Shown piece after piece: positions 39,173 to 48,656 of a stretch of DNA of 64,000 nt (its first letter is position 1; each line of letters opens with the position of its first letter). The notes under the pieces were generated by a model. The model had not been told where the DNA came from, did no database searches, and saw only the letters and a list, made by a program, of their open reading frames with translations. The position numbers and the translations under genes are program-made. The DNA is from an uncultured Armatimonadetes bacterium (GTDB lineage Bacteria; Armatimonadota; Hebobacteria; Hebobacterales; Hebobacteraceae), in assembly GCA_963716175.1 (NCBI GenBank), contig OY970296.1, forward strand, positions 2,912,001 through 2,976,000. Direction: 5' to 3'.

Positions 39173-40657
39173 CTAGGGCGGAGGCGCGACGACCCCCGCC
39201 TCCAGGTCCGTCACCTTCACCCACCACAGCACCGGCGCCTGGTCCGCGGCGATCTTCACGCTCTGCATCCCAGGGGCCCCGAGAGCCAGGAACCGCAGCG
39301 TCCAGCGCTGGCCCTGCTCCGTGGCGCCGATCCACTGCCACCCCCCGGGAGGCCCGTTCTGGATGCCGTCGTAGTCCGCCAGCGCCACCCCGTTGATCGC
39401 CACTTTCGTGTTGTCGTCGTCCCCGTCGCCGTTCTGGGTGGCGGCCCAGTTCTGCGCACACACCTGTACCGACAGCACCCCGCTGGCGGCGAAGCGATAC
39501 TCCTGCCACCAGTAGCCTGCCACGAGCTTGTTTATCGGATCCACCCAGTACGGTCCGCCCAGGGAGGCGCCGCCCGCTCCTATTGTGCGCCCTGGTGCAC
39601 GCTCGTTCGGGTGCACCTCCAGCACCGCCTTCGGCACCATCAGAATGCCCACGTGGACGACCTGGCCGTTCTCTGTATCCGCCACCCAGCAGGAGCCGTC
39701 AGTCGGGTTGACGGAGACGGACCAGGGGTTCCGGAACCCCCCGGTTCGCGACACCTCGCTGCCGCCTGCGGCCAGGTGCACGACCTGGTTGTTGCCCGTG
39801 GCCGCTACCCAGCAGGAGCCATCCGTGGCGTTGACCGAGACGCAATTGGCCATGGAGAACCCGCCTGCCCGCGACAGTTCGGTGGTGCCGTCCGGGGCCA
39901 GGTGGACGACCTGCGTCCCGTAGTCCACCACCCAGCAGGAGCTGTCTGTGGGGTTCACAGAGACAGAGTAGGGGTGGTAGAACCCGCTTGCGCGCGACAG
40001 TTCGGTGGTGCCGTCCGGGGCCAGGTGGACGACCTGGCCGTTGTCTGTGTCCGCCACCCAGCAGGAGCCGTCCGCCGGGTTGACGGAGACGGAGTAGGGA
40101 TTGTAGAACGTCGGAAACCCGGCGGTTCGCGACCACTCCGTGGTGCCGTCCGGGGCCAGGTGGACGACCTGGTTGTTGTTGGTGTCCGCGACCCAGCAGG
40201 AGCTATCGTTCGGGCTCACCGAGACGGATCGGGGGTCATTGAACGTCGGGTACCCCACCTGCGACGACACGGTGGTGCCATCGGAGGCCAGGTGGACCAC
40301 CCCACTGCCTGCGCTCCCCACCCAGCAGGAGCCGTCAGTGGGGTTGGACGAGACGGACCGCGGCTCTATGACGGCCTTCCAGGACAGGGAGTTGCCGTCT
40401 GCATCCACGTGGCCCACCTGCCAGGGAAACGTCTCGTAGCCATAGTCCGCTACCCAGCAGGAGCCATCTGACGGGTTGACGGAGACGGACACGGGATAAG
40501 GGAACCACGGGGTCGGCCACCCGGGGCTGCGCCACAACTCCGAGACCACCTCCGCTGCCTGGGCCATCGTGTTGAGGCCAAACATGGCCGGACAGGCCCA
40601 GAGCAATACCGTCGCCAGAAGGGGAACAAACAGACGTGACCGCGCTGACCCTCGCAT
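39173..40657 (-). CDS. Secreted NHL-like beta-propeller protein plus shared C-terminal module (copy C)
   Basis: Seven repeats of P.SVSVNP.DGSCWVAD..N.QVVHL; signal peptide. Confidence 0.85.
   Translation of the reverse strand: MRGSARSRLFVPLLATVLLWACPAMFGLNTMAQAAEVVSELWRSPGWPTPWFPYPVSVSVNPSDGSCWVADYGYETFPWQVGHVDADGNSLSWKAVIEPRSVSSNPTDGSCWVGSAGSGVVHLASDGTTVSSQVGYPTFNDPRSVSVSPNDSSCWVADTNNNQVVHLAPDGTTEWSRTAGFPTFYNPYSVSVNPADGSCWVADTDNGQVVHLAPDGTTELSRASGFYHPYSVSVNPTDSSCWVVDYGTQVVHLAPDGTTELSRAGGFSMANCVSVNATDGSCWVAATGNNQVVHLAAGGSEVSRTGGFRNPWSVSVNPTDGSCWVADTENGQVVHVGILMVPKAVLEVHPNERAPGRTIGAGGASLGGPYWVDPINKLVAGYWWQEYRFAASGVLSVQVCAQNWAATQNGDGDDDNTKVAINGVALADYDGIQNGPPGGWQWIGATEQGQRWTLRFLALGAPGMQSVKIAADQAPVLWWVKVTDLEAGVVAPPP
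39176..39630 (-). repeat. Shared C-terminal module, copy C
   Basis: Same DNA stretches as copies B and D. Confidence 0.92.
39650..40490 (-). repeat. Intragenic tandem repeats (~125-140 bp) encoding propeller blades
   Basis: cacccagcaggagc and gccgtccggggccaggtggacgacct recur at regular spacing. Confidence 0.85.
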
Positions 40658-40878
40658 CGCCCTACACCTCCCGTTACCGCGGAACTGCGCAGGTCGCCCC
40701 CCGCCCGGGGCCCTCGCCTTAACCCCCTCAGCAGGAGACTCAACCGGATTGGCGGTCTAGTGCCGTTGCCGGCCGCCTTCGCCTCCCCCCTTGCGATTCC
40801 TCTCTCTCGGCAAAGGCGTTTTCCCGCTTCTCTTGAGTTGGCCTGGCCGCCCCCGGCAGCCCAGGCGCGCCGCGCCTC

Positions 40879-43698
40879 CTAGGGAGAGATCACCTGCGGC
40901 TCCAGGTCCGTCACCTTCACCCACCACAGCACCGGCGCCTGGTCCGCCGCGATCTTCACGCTCTGCATGCCAGGGGCCCCGATTGCCAGGAACCGCAGCG
41001 TCCAGCGCTGGCCTTGCTCCGTGCTTCCGATCCACTGCCACCCCCCGGGAGCCCCGTTCTGGATGCCATCGTAGTCCGCCAGCGCCACCCCGTTGACCGC
41101 TACTTTCGTGTTGTCATCGTCCCCGTCGCCGTTCTGGGCGCCGGCCCAGTTCTGCGCACACACCTGCACCCACAGCACCCCACTGGCCGCGAACTTGTAC
41201 TCCTGCCACCAGTAGACTGCGACGAGCTTGTTTATGGGATCCACCCAGTAGGGTCCGCCCAGAGAAGGGCCGCCCGCTCCCGCTGCGCGCCCCTGTGCCC
41301 GCTCGTTCGGGTGCACCTCCAGCACCACTGCTGGCGTCGGCCCCGCCTGGATGACGTACCCCATGGGCGGAACCGTGCCCCCCTCCGGCAGTGTCTGGGC
41401 GTGGTCGGCGAAGTTGACGGCGATGGTGGTGCCCGAGGACCAGATAGTGCGCTGAAGGGTATGATCACTGGTCAGGAACTCGTGGGAGAGCAACTCGTCG
41501 TAGCCGATCTGGCGCACGGTTGGGCAAACGCTGCGGTAGGACTGGACGAAGCGAGACTTGTACTGCTCCCAGACCCCGGGGCTGAGCATGAAGAGAGGCG
41601 GTGTGCCGTAGAGCAGGTTGAATAGATCTCGCTGATCCCACACTTCCGGAGCTTTGTTGGAGGAGTCTCCCCAGTACCAGTACGCAACCGTGCAGTCGTG
41701 GTAGACCAGCTCCCACAGCGGAACCCGGTAGTAAGGCCCCACCTGGTACTTCAGGAACTCGGGCGTGGGCGGCTTGTAGTCTATGAGCGTGTAGCCGGAG
41801 TCGGGCAGCCGGTATGGCCCGAGCGACATCATGCCTTCGTAGTAGTGCACGTAGGGAACCGAAGGGTCTATGCCAGTCTCGCTGCCCGTGACCTGGCTCA
41901 TGTCTTGGGAGCAGAACCGCAGCAGTTCCATCTTGTAGTTTCGGTCCTGGGTGCGAGAAGTCGGGTGGTCGGGGTTGTAGCACTCCTTCCAGTCCGCGGC
42001 GGTGGTGGTGTCAATGAAGCGACAGCGATATGGGGTTGTCGCCAGGTCCTCCGGGATGTGGATCTGGGAGTGCTCGAGGCCCCTCGGCGAGCAGATGACG
42101 CCTCCCGGATAGAGGGCCTCGCCATCGCGGATTACCCAGCCCGGCATGATGCTCCCATCGGGCAGCCAGATCAGGTCCTCTGGCCAGCCCTCGTGATTCG
42201 CCCAGGCCGGCGAGTCGGGGGGCCAGACATCCTGGTAGATGTCGTAACGGCTCGTCAGAACGCCGGGCATCGCGTTCATCGCGGCGACGTTCTCAGGAGA
42301 GGTGCCTTCGCTCCAGAGCATCCGCGCAATGCCCAGGGATCGCATCTCCGTCGCAAGACCGATCGGATCGGTGTTGCCGTACCAGTACGGAGCCCACACG
42401 TTGACCGCGCCGATAAGGAGGTCTACGTTCGGGTTGACCTCCCTCTTCTCGAGCAGCGACCGGTAGCGCCCTGTGTCCTGCGCCCACTGCCGGTAGCGCT
42501 TGGCCTGCGAGACGTAGCCGCCCGCAGCAAGGAAGACATAGGTCAGTGCTCGGCTGTAGGCAAAATCGCCGCGCGAGGGCTCCCACTCCGGCCAGATGCA
42601 CAGGTTGGCGTTCCCGCCCGCGTTTGGGCGGTCCATGCGGATATGCATATCATCCGGGTCCTCGATGATAGCCATGACGCCGGGGTCTTGCTCGCCGTCG
42701 CACTGCCCGAACCATGGCATCGAGATGCCGTGGCCCGAATAGCCAACCAGCCAAAGCGGCTCGACCGTCTCGTCATCGGCCGGGTAGATGATGCCCTCAT
42801 TCATCGGTACAACCAGCAACGAGCCGTCAGGCGCCAAGAAGGGCGCGGGGTAGGGCAGATTATGGACCATGGCGCCAGAGCCGCTCAGCTCACACCTGAA
42901 CTCGACCGCCGAGGGGATGATATCAACCTGCATTTGCACCTGGAGGTCGGATGCCGGTTCCCACAGGGTCACTGTCATGCCGTCGGCTTCAGCGTCCCGC
43001 TGTGCGTGCAGGACCACGGGCAAGCCGGAGATGGCGAGCTGGCTGTAGACGCGGCCGTTCCGGAGGTCCGTGCACGTGAACGTGGCCGACCCAGTGTGGA
43101 AGACGACAGTCAGCAGGCTGTTCCCGATCGCGATGTCCTCGGCCGGCCCTCTGATGTCTATGATGTTGCCTTCCTTCACCAGAGAGACGTCGTCGAACCA
43201 GGCTGTGCCCGGCCCCCAGCCCACGACACGAAGCTGGATCGTCGCGCAGTTGTCGGGCGCGACGAAGTGGGTCAGCACTTGCCTCCAGTCGTGTGTGCCC
43301 GAGCTATTGGCCGGGCCCAGGAGCCAGTCAATCACAGCCCCGTCAGTGTCACGGGCAACGACGCTGTAGTCCACCTCGCCATTGAGGTTGTCGCACTTGA
43401 TCCAGCCCGAGAGCTCGAAGATGTCGCCGCCGGTCACGCTCAGCAATGTGTCCTGCGTGACACACCAGTCTTGGTCCCCAGTGTGGGCGACTTGAAGGCA
43501 GAAGCTGCCGGAGTGCGCTCCCCCCACCTGCGAGGCGGTGGTCGTGCCCGGCTCTCGCTCCCACATCGAGGGCCAACCCACTGACAGCGGCTCCTCGAAA
43601 CCGGGGTTGACGGCCAGGTTCCCGGACTGGGCAGAGCAGACACCGGGTAGCACGCTCACGACCACGAGCGCCGCCAGCAAGGGTGCGAGTCGCATCAT
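40879..43698 (-). CDS. Secreted putative glycoside hydrolase (N-terminal CBM4/9-like domain, DUF5696/GH101-like barrel) plus shared module (copy D)
   Basis: NLAVNPGFE...AWFDDVSL CBM-like domain; SRYDIYQD, FIDTTTA, GSETG and VPLWELVYHD core motifs. Confidence 0.75.
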   Translation of the reverse strand: MMRLAPLLAALVVVSVLPGVCSAQSGNLAVNPGFEEPLSVGWPSMWEREPGTTTASQVGGAHSGSFCLQVAHTGDQDWCVTQDTLLSVTGGDIFELSGWIKCDNLNGEVDYSVVARDTDGAVIDWLLGPANSSGTHDWRQVLTHFVAPDNCATIQLRVVGWGPGTAWFDDVSLVKEGNIIDIRGPAEDIAIGNSLLTVVFHTGSATFTCTDLRNGRVYSQLAISGLPVVLHAQRDAEADGMTVTLWEPASDLQVQMQVDIIPSAVEFRCELSGSGAMVHNLPYPAPFLAPDGSLLVVPMNEGIIYPADDETVEPLWLVGYSGHGISMPWFGQCDGEQDPGVMAIIEDPDDMHIRMDRPNAGGNANLCIWPEWEPSRGDFAYSRALTYVFLAAGGYVSQAKRYRQWAQDTGRYRSLLEKREVNPNVDLLIGAVNVWAPYWYGNTDPIGLATEMRSLGIARMLWSEGTSPENVAAMNAMPGVLTSRYDIYQDVWPPDSPAWANHEGWPEDLIWLPDGSIMPGWVIRDGEALYPGGVICSPRGLEHSQIHIPEDLATTPYRCRFIDTTTAADWKECYNPDHPTSRTQDRNYKMELLRFCSQDMSQVTGSETGIDPSVPYVHYYEGMMSLGPYRLPDSGYTLIDYKPPTPEFLKYQVGPYYRVPLWELVYHDCTVAYWYWGDSSNKAPEVWDQRDLFNLLYGTPPLFMLSPGVWEQYKSRFVQSYRSVCPTVRQIGYDELLSHEFLTSDHTLQRTIWSSGTTIAVNFADHAQTLPEGGTVPPMGYVIQAGPTPAVVLEVHPNERAQGRAAGAGGPSLGGPYWVDPINKLVAVYWWQEYKFAASGVLWVQVCAQNWAGAQNGDGDDDNTKVAVNGVALADYDGIQNGAPGGWQWIGSTEQGQRWTLRFLAIGAPGMQSVKIAADQAPVLWWVKVTDLEPQVISP
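40882..41330 (-). repeat. Shared C-terminal module, copy D
   Basis: Same DNA stretches; 9 amino-acid differences from copy E over 147 residues by manual count. Confidence 0.92.
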
Positions 43699-43882
43699 CG
43701 GCCTCCGAATGAGTCAGGTGACGCGCCCAATCAGTGCGAAGTTTACCACAGATGACAGCAAAATGCGCCTGGCATGCGCCGCCAGCTGCGCGGGGCGCCT
43801 CCTGCTACGGTATCACCAGGCCCCGCCACGCCTGAGAACCCTTGACAATAACAGACGTCAGCAGTTGCCGGCCTCAAGGCCC

Positions 43883-43911
43883 TTGCGTGTTCGCCACCCC
43901 GAGGCTAACAT
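43883..43911 (+). promoter_or_regulatory. Candidate sigma70 promoter TTGCGT-17-TAACAT
   Basis: Consensus-like hexamers with a 17-bp spacer in the divergent intergenic region. Confidence 0.4.
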
Positions 43912-44043
43912 AGGGCCAATCAAGCGCTATGCGCGGGCAGAGTCAGGATATCCCGGGGGGATGGAGCGCGCGGCACCATAGGTCTTCCCGCCCATATGCT
44001 GGAGCCGTGGATCCCCCCCGGGGATATCCTCAGGGAGGCGAAG

Positions 44044-47000
44044 ATGCGCGGTGTTTGGCTAGGAGCCGTTGTCCTCTTCCTGCTGGTTCTTTCCCCTGCT
44101 CTGGCTCTTGCGGACCTCTACGTCATCTCCGACTTCGAGGGCGAGGCCGACCTGGCGAATTGGGGGGCCTGGGGCTGCGTAGACCCTTGCCCGGATCCGG
44201 GGGCGCCCATGCCGGCGATCCCCTCCCTGTATGCAGGATACGCCACTGATGGCAGCTACAGCTGCCGCCTGGAGCTGCCGGCAGCGGACTATCCTGGCCT
44301 GTACCTGAGCACCTTTCCCATGAACGACTGGTCGGCCTACGATGTGGTCCGGCTGGATGTCTACAACCCCAACTCGTTCGCGGTGACCATCAATCTGGAG
44401 ATGGGTGACTCGCAGACCGGCTGGCAGAAGCGCTACGACTCGGGGCGAGCGATCATCCCAGGGCTCAATCACCTGGAGGTTGATCTCCACACTTTGGCCC
44501 GCAATGATGGCAGTGGGAACGTGGAGCCGGCGGACATCCAGCACTTCAGCTTCTGGTTCGCAGGTTACAGTTCGACCATCTTCGTCTACATGGACTACGT
44601 CCGCCTGGAGACGGTTCACGATGACCCTGGAGCCGACGCCGCCCGGAACATCTGGAAGTTCGACTTCGGCACCGCCACCTCACCCCGGTGGAGAGACTTC
44701 TTCCGGGTAACCGAGTCGGACAGCGACAACTACCCAGTGGATCCGACCACCATGCCTTCCGGATGGGTCTATAGCCAGGCGGATCAGATTCGTGTCAGCG
44801 GCGACTACGGCGGTCCGGATGACATGACCCGCGATTTCGTGCGGGGGATCCCCTGCAGCAACGTCTGTTACCCTGGTGACTCCGATCTCGACTTCCGGGT
44901 GGACGTGCCCAATGACAGCTACACGGTCTATGTGATTACCCGGTCGGGCAATCCCAGCGCCATGCCGGTGAGGAACTGGCAAGTCTGGGCGGAAGGGGCG
45001 CTCCAGGTGGATGTGCCGATGGATTCGGGCACCTTCTACAGCACTAGCTACTACTACCGGGGCATGGACGAGGACTACCCGCTGAGCCGATCCGCCTGGG
45101 AGCAGTTTGAAAACGCCAACTTCCCCGCCTATAGCTTCACCACTGGCGTCACCGACGGCAGCCTCGACCTGCATTTCGTCCAGTGCTGGCTCTATGCCCT
45201 GATAGTCTACCCCACCGACCTCGCGGGTGAGATGAGCACCCGGATCGCGGACTGGGAGGCCCAACGGCAGGTGCAGTTCGAGACCGCCTATTACATCAAC
45301 GCGCCGCAGGACCTCACTTTCACACCTACCGGCGAGGAGGCCCTGCGCGGCTACGCCGCCTGGCCGGTGGCGACCATGGATGCCTGCTACCCGGACACCC
45401 TGCCGCCCTCCCCGCGGCCCGCGTTGGCGCTCAGCGCTGCGGCCTCTCAGGGCGAGTACCGGTCGCTCAGCTTCGCCATTCGGCCCCTCAACGAGCTCAC
45501 CGATGTCTCCCTCCAGGTGAGCGACCTGAGCGACGGGCATGGGCATACTATCCCCAGCGCGGAGATCGAGCGGCGGCATGTGCGCTACATGGCGACTGCC
45601 GATAGCGAGGTTTTCGGTTCCGGAGTGCTGACCTGGAAGCCGCGGCTGCTGCAGAGCAACTTCCCCATCGCGGTTGCCAGCCAGGTGACCAAGCAGTTTT
45701 GGCTCACCGTACACGTACCGGTGGGCACTCCTGCCGGGACCTACGCCGGCACGGTCACGCTGAACACCTCGGCTCAGGCGCTGGTGCTGCCGCTGACGGT
45801 GGTAGTCTGGCCCTTTCAGTTGGACGCGGCGAACGACATGGCCTATGGCTGGTACTACATGTCGCCAGACCAACGCTACTGCTACGAGTTCTTTCCGGAT
45901 ATGGCGAGCGCGGGGGACGACATGCTCCGTCTCGACTTCGCGGATATGAGGAAGCACGGCTTCAACTCCCTTCAGTTCCCATGCCCGTGCTGCCTGGATA
46001 TCAACCCCACTAGCGGCCACGTGGGCACGCTGGACTTCACCGAGCCCAATCGCTACCTGGCGGCCATGGGTGATGCCGGCTTCGGCGGGGCCTGGAAGGG
46101 CCAGGTGGTGACGATCGACCTCGCCAACCGTATCCGTGAGTACAGCTCCGTGAGCGAGTTCGACACCAACTTCAACAACGCGTACAAGGATGTCATCGAG
46201 CAGGATCTTGGCCTGGGGAAATACAGTGGGCACTCCGCTGGTGATGTGCCTCTTGGACGAGCCCCGGGAGAGCGGGATCCAACCGTGGAACCGTAACTTC
46301 GCGGACACCATGCAGTACTGCGACCTCGCCCATCAGGTCGCCGGGGCCACCACTACCGTGACCGTGATGCGGGACGACCAAGAGGGGGTGGACTACACCC
46401 CGCTGGCGGATGCCCTGGACATCATGCAGACCCACCCCTGGTCGAACTCAGCCGGGTTGATCAGCGGTTCCCTCTCTCAGGGCAAGCCGATCTGGTTCTA
46501 CAACACCGGCGGCAACCTGCGCCTCGTATACGGTTTCTACCAGCTCAAGTGGCCCAGTGACGGCGCCTGGGAATGGCACTACGACTGGCTCGACAGCGAC
46601 GTCTTCGATCCTTTCCCCTACAGCCCGTTCAACAATCACTGGCGCTACACCTATCCCTCGTCGGCTGGCCCGGTGGCCACGCTCAAGTACGAGTGGGCGA
46701 GCCAGGGGATCACCGACTACCGCTACGCCGCCACCCTCGATCGCCTTTCCCGCGAGGCGCGGGCGACCGGCCTGCCTGCTTTCATCGCCTGGGCCGATGG
46801 CGCAGACGCGCTGCTGCAGTCGCTCAGAGATGACGTGCCCGAGTACCCGATCAGCGGCGGGGACTGGTACACTGGTCAGACTCAGCACTTCGCTGGCATC
46901 CCGGAGGGTCCGGGCTGTCTCACCATGGTCGAGCAGGCGCTAGATAGCTATCGGCAGCGCATCAGCGAGATGATCATGTCTCAGCCGACTGCTCAGCCGG

Positions 47001-47470
47001 CCGTGGTGCCCCAGGTTCTCCTCGAAGTCCACCCGAACGAGCGGGCACCGGGGCGCGCGGCGGGAGCGGGCGGCGCCTCTCTGGGCGGACCCTACTGGGT
47101 GGATCCCATAGGCAAGCTCGTCGCAGTCTACTGGTGGCAGGAGTACAAGTTCGCGGCCAGTGGGGTGCTGTGGGTGCAGGTATGTGCGCAGAACTGGACC
47201 GGCACCCAGAATGGCGACGGGGACGATGACAACACGAAAGTGGCGGTGAACGGGGTGGCGCTGGCGGACTACGATGGCATCCAGAATGGGCCTCCCGGGG
47301 GGTGGCAGTGGATCGGCGCCACGGAGGCGGGCCAGCGCTGGACGCTACGGTTCCTGGCCGTTGGCGCCCCTGGGATGCAGAGCGTGAAGATCGCCGCAGA
47401 CCAGGCGCCGGTGCTGTGGTGGGTGAAGGTGACGGACCTGGAGCCGCAGGTGATCAGCCCATTCGAGTAG
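44044..47470 (+). CDS. Secreted putative glycoside hydrolase (CBM-like, DFG beta-sandwich, GH123/DUF4091-like) plus shared module (copy E); split by a frameshift near 46200
   Basis: ORFs 44044-46296 and 46190-47470 join into one protein if one base is removed at ~46199-46204. DEP and GITDYRY motifs lie in the second part. Confidence 0.72.
47014..47467 (+). repeat. Shared C-terminal module, copy E (inverted relative to A-D)
   Basis: gaccaggcgccggtgctgtggtgggtgaaggtgacggacctggag is the reverse complement of the shared stretch. Confidence 0.92.
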
Positions 47471-47732
47471 CCTGGACTTCACGGCCCAGCGTGCTCTGCC
47501 GGCAGGGACGAAGGCTGCTCCATCTCTCAAGATCCGATGGGACGGCCTGCGCTTGTCAACAGGCAATGAGCCCCCTATGCTGTCCAGAGACTCATCTGCC
47601 ATCCAGACCCTGTCACAGCCCATCTGATGCTGTTCCGTGCACTCGCTGAGACCCCTAGTCTGGGAGACACAGAGGATGGGCGCGGAGGTCAGACGGGGTG
47701 CGGCGGTCATACAGCGGCGAGTGGTCCCGAGG

Positions 47733-48656
47733 CTAGCCTTCCTCATCGCCGGCTGGCCCGAGCATCCCCTCCAGCTTCTCCACCGCGGCCAGCTTGGTGC
47801 GTACATCGGAATGCAGGTATCTCGCCGTCGTCCCGATGTCTGCGTGCCCCAGCAGCTCCTGCACCGTGCGGATGTCGGCACCGGAGCGAATGAGGTGGGT
47901 GGCGAAGGTATGGCGTAGTCTGTGGGGGGTGATGCCTTTGCCCGCGAGCCCGGCTTTCCCGAGCGTGCGCTGGAGCATCCGGCTGATGGCTCTGCCGCAG
48001 ATGGGCTCTCCGAACTGACTCACGAACAACCGGTGGCTCTGAGTCTGGACTCGGTGGGGGAGGTACTGCTCGATGGCAGCCACGGCCTGATCGGCCAGAG
48101 GCACTACTCTCTCCTTCGCCCCCTTCCCGTGCACCAGGAGCTGCCGGTTCTCCAGGTCCAGATCCTCCAGGCTGATCTGGGCGATCTCGCTGCGCCGCAG
48201 GCCGGTGGAGAGCAGCAGCACCACCAAGCACTTATGCCAGGGGCGCTGGGCGGCCTCCAGCAACCGCTGGGCATCTGCTTCCGTGAGCGTCACCGGGACC
48301 TGCTGTTCGAGTCTGGGCAGAGGCAGCCTGCGGGCGGGATTGCCCGAGACATGGCCCATGTCCTGGAGGAAGCCAAACAAGGAGGACAACACCCAGAGCT
48401 TCCGTCTCACCGTCAGGGGTGCTCGCTGTGACAGGCTCACCGCGAACTGCATCACTTGCTGGCGCGTGATCTGACCGGGAGGGGGCAGCTGGCTCAGGCG
48501 CTGGGAGAGGAACTCCGAGAAGGCGCGCAAGTCGCGGCGGTAAGCCTTGACGGAGATAGGAGCGCAACTGCGATAGCCCTTCAGATACTCCAGGAACATC
48601 GCCACCGCCTCCTCAAAGGAGAGCGTGTGGGCCTCGGCGTCGTGGGCAGCGGTCAT
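47733..48656 (-). CDS. Tyrosine recombinase (XerC/XerD-like)
   Basis: N-terminal SAM-like domain; TGLRRSE, GKGAKER, HRLRHTFATHL, LLGH and TTARY give a full catalytic set. Confidence 0.93.
   Translation of the reverse strand: MTAAHDAEAHTLSFEEAVAMFLEYLKGYRSCAPISVKAYRRDLRAFSEFLSQRLSQLPPPGQITRQQVMQFAVSLSQRAPLTVRRKLWVLSSLFGFLQDMGHVSGNPARRLPLPRLEQQVPVTLTEADAQRLLEAAQRPWHKCLVVLLLSTGLRRSEIAQISLEDLDLENRQLLVHGKGAKERVVPLADQAVAAIEQYLPHRVQTQSHRLFVSQFGEPICGRAISRMLQRTLGKAGLAGKGITPHRLRHTFATHLIRSGADIRTVQELLGHADIGTTARYLHSDVRTKLAAVEKLEGMLGPAGDEEG

Noticed and set aside
39650-40490. Non-coding repeat array
   Set aside because: The repeats are in-frame beta-propeller blades.
41698-43584. Long antisense ORFs (also 37069-38373, 44680-46311, 59115-60368)
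   Set aside because: Shadow frames of GC-rich genes on the opposite strand, with no motifs.
36446-47467. Diversity-generating retroelement (TR/VR pairs)
   Set aside because: No reverse transcriptase in the window, all copies are coding, and differences do not look adenine-specific.
36443-47470. Shared module as T9SS CTD, dockerin, SLH or PEP-CTERM
   Set aside because: Length and motifs do not fit: no duplicated dockerin repeat, no SLH signature, no TM plus basic tail, no T9SS terminal pattern. This was judged by eye and needs an HMM search.
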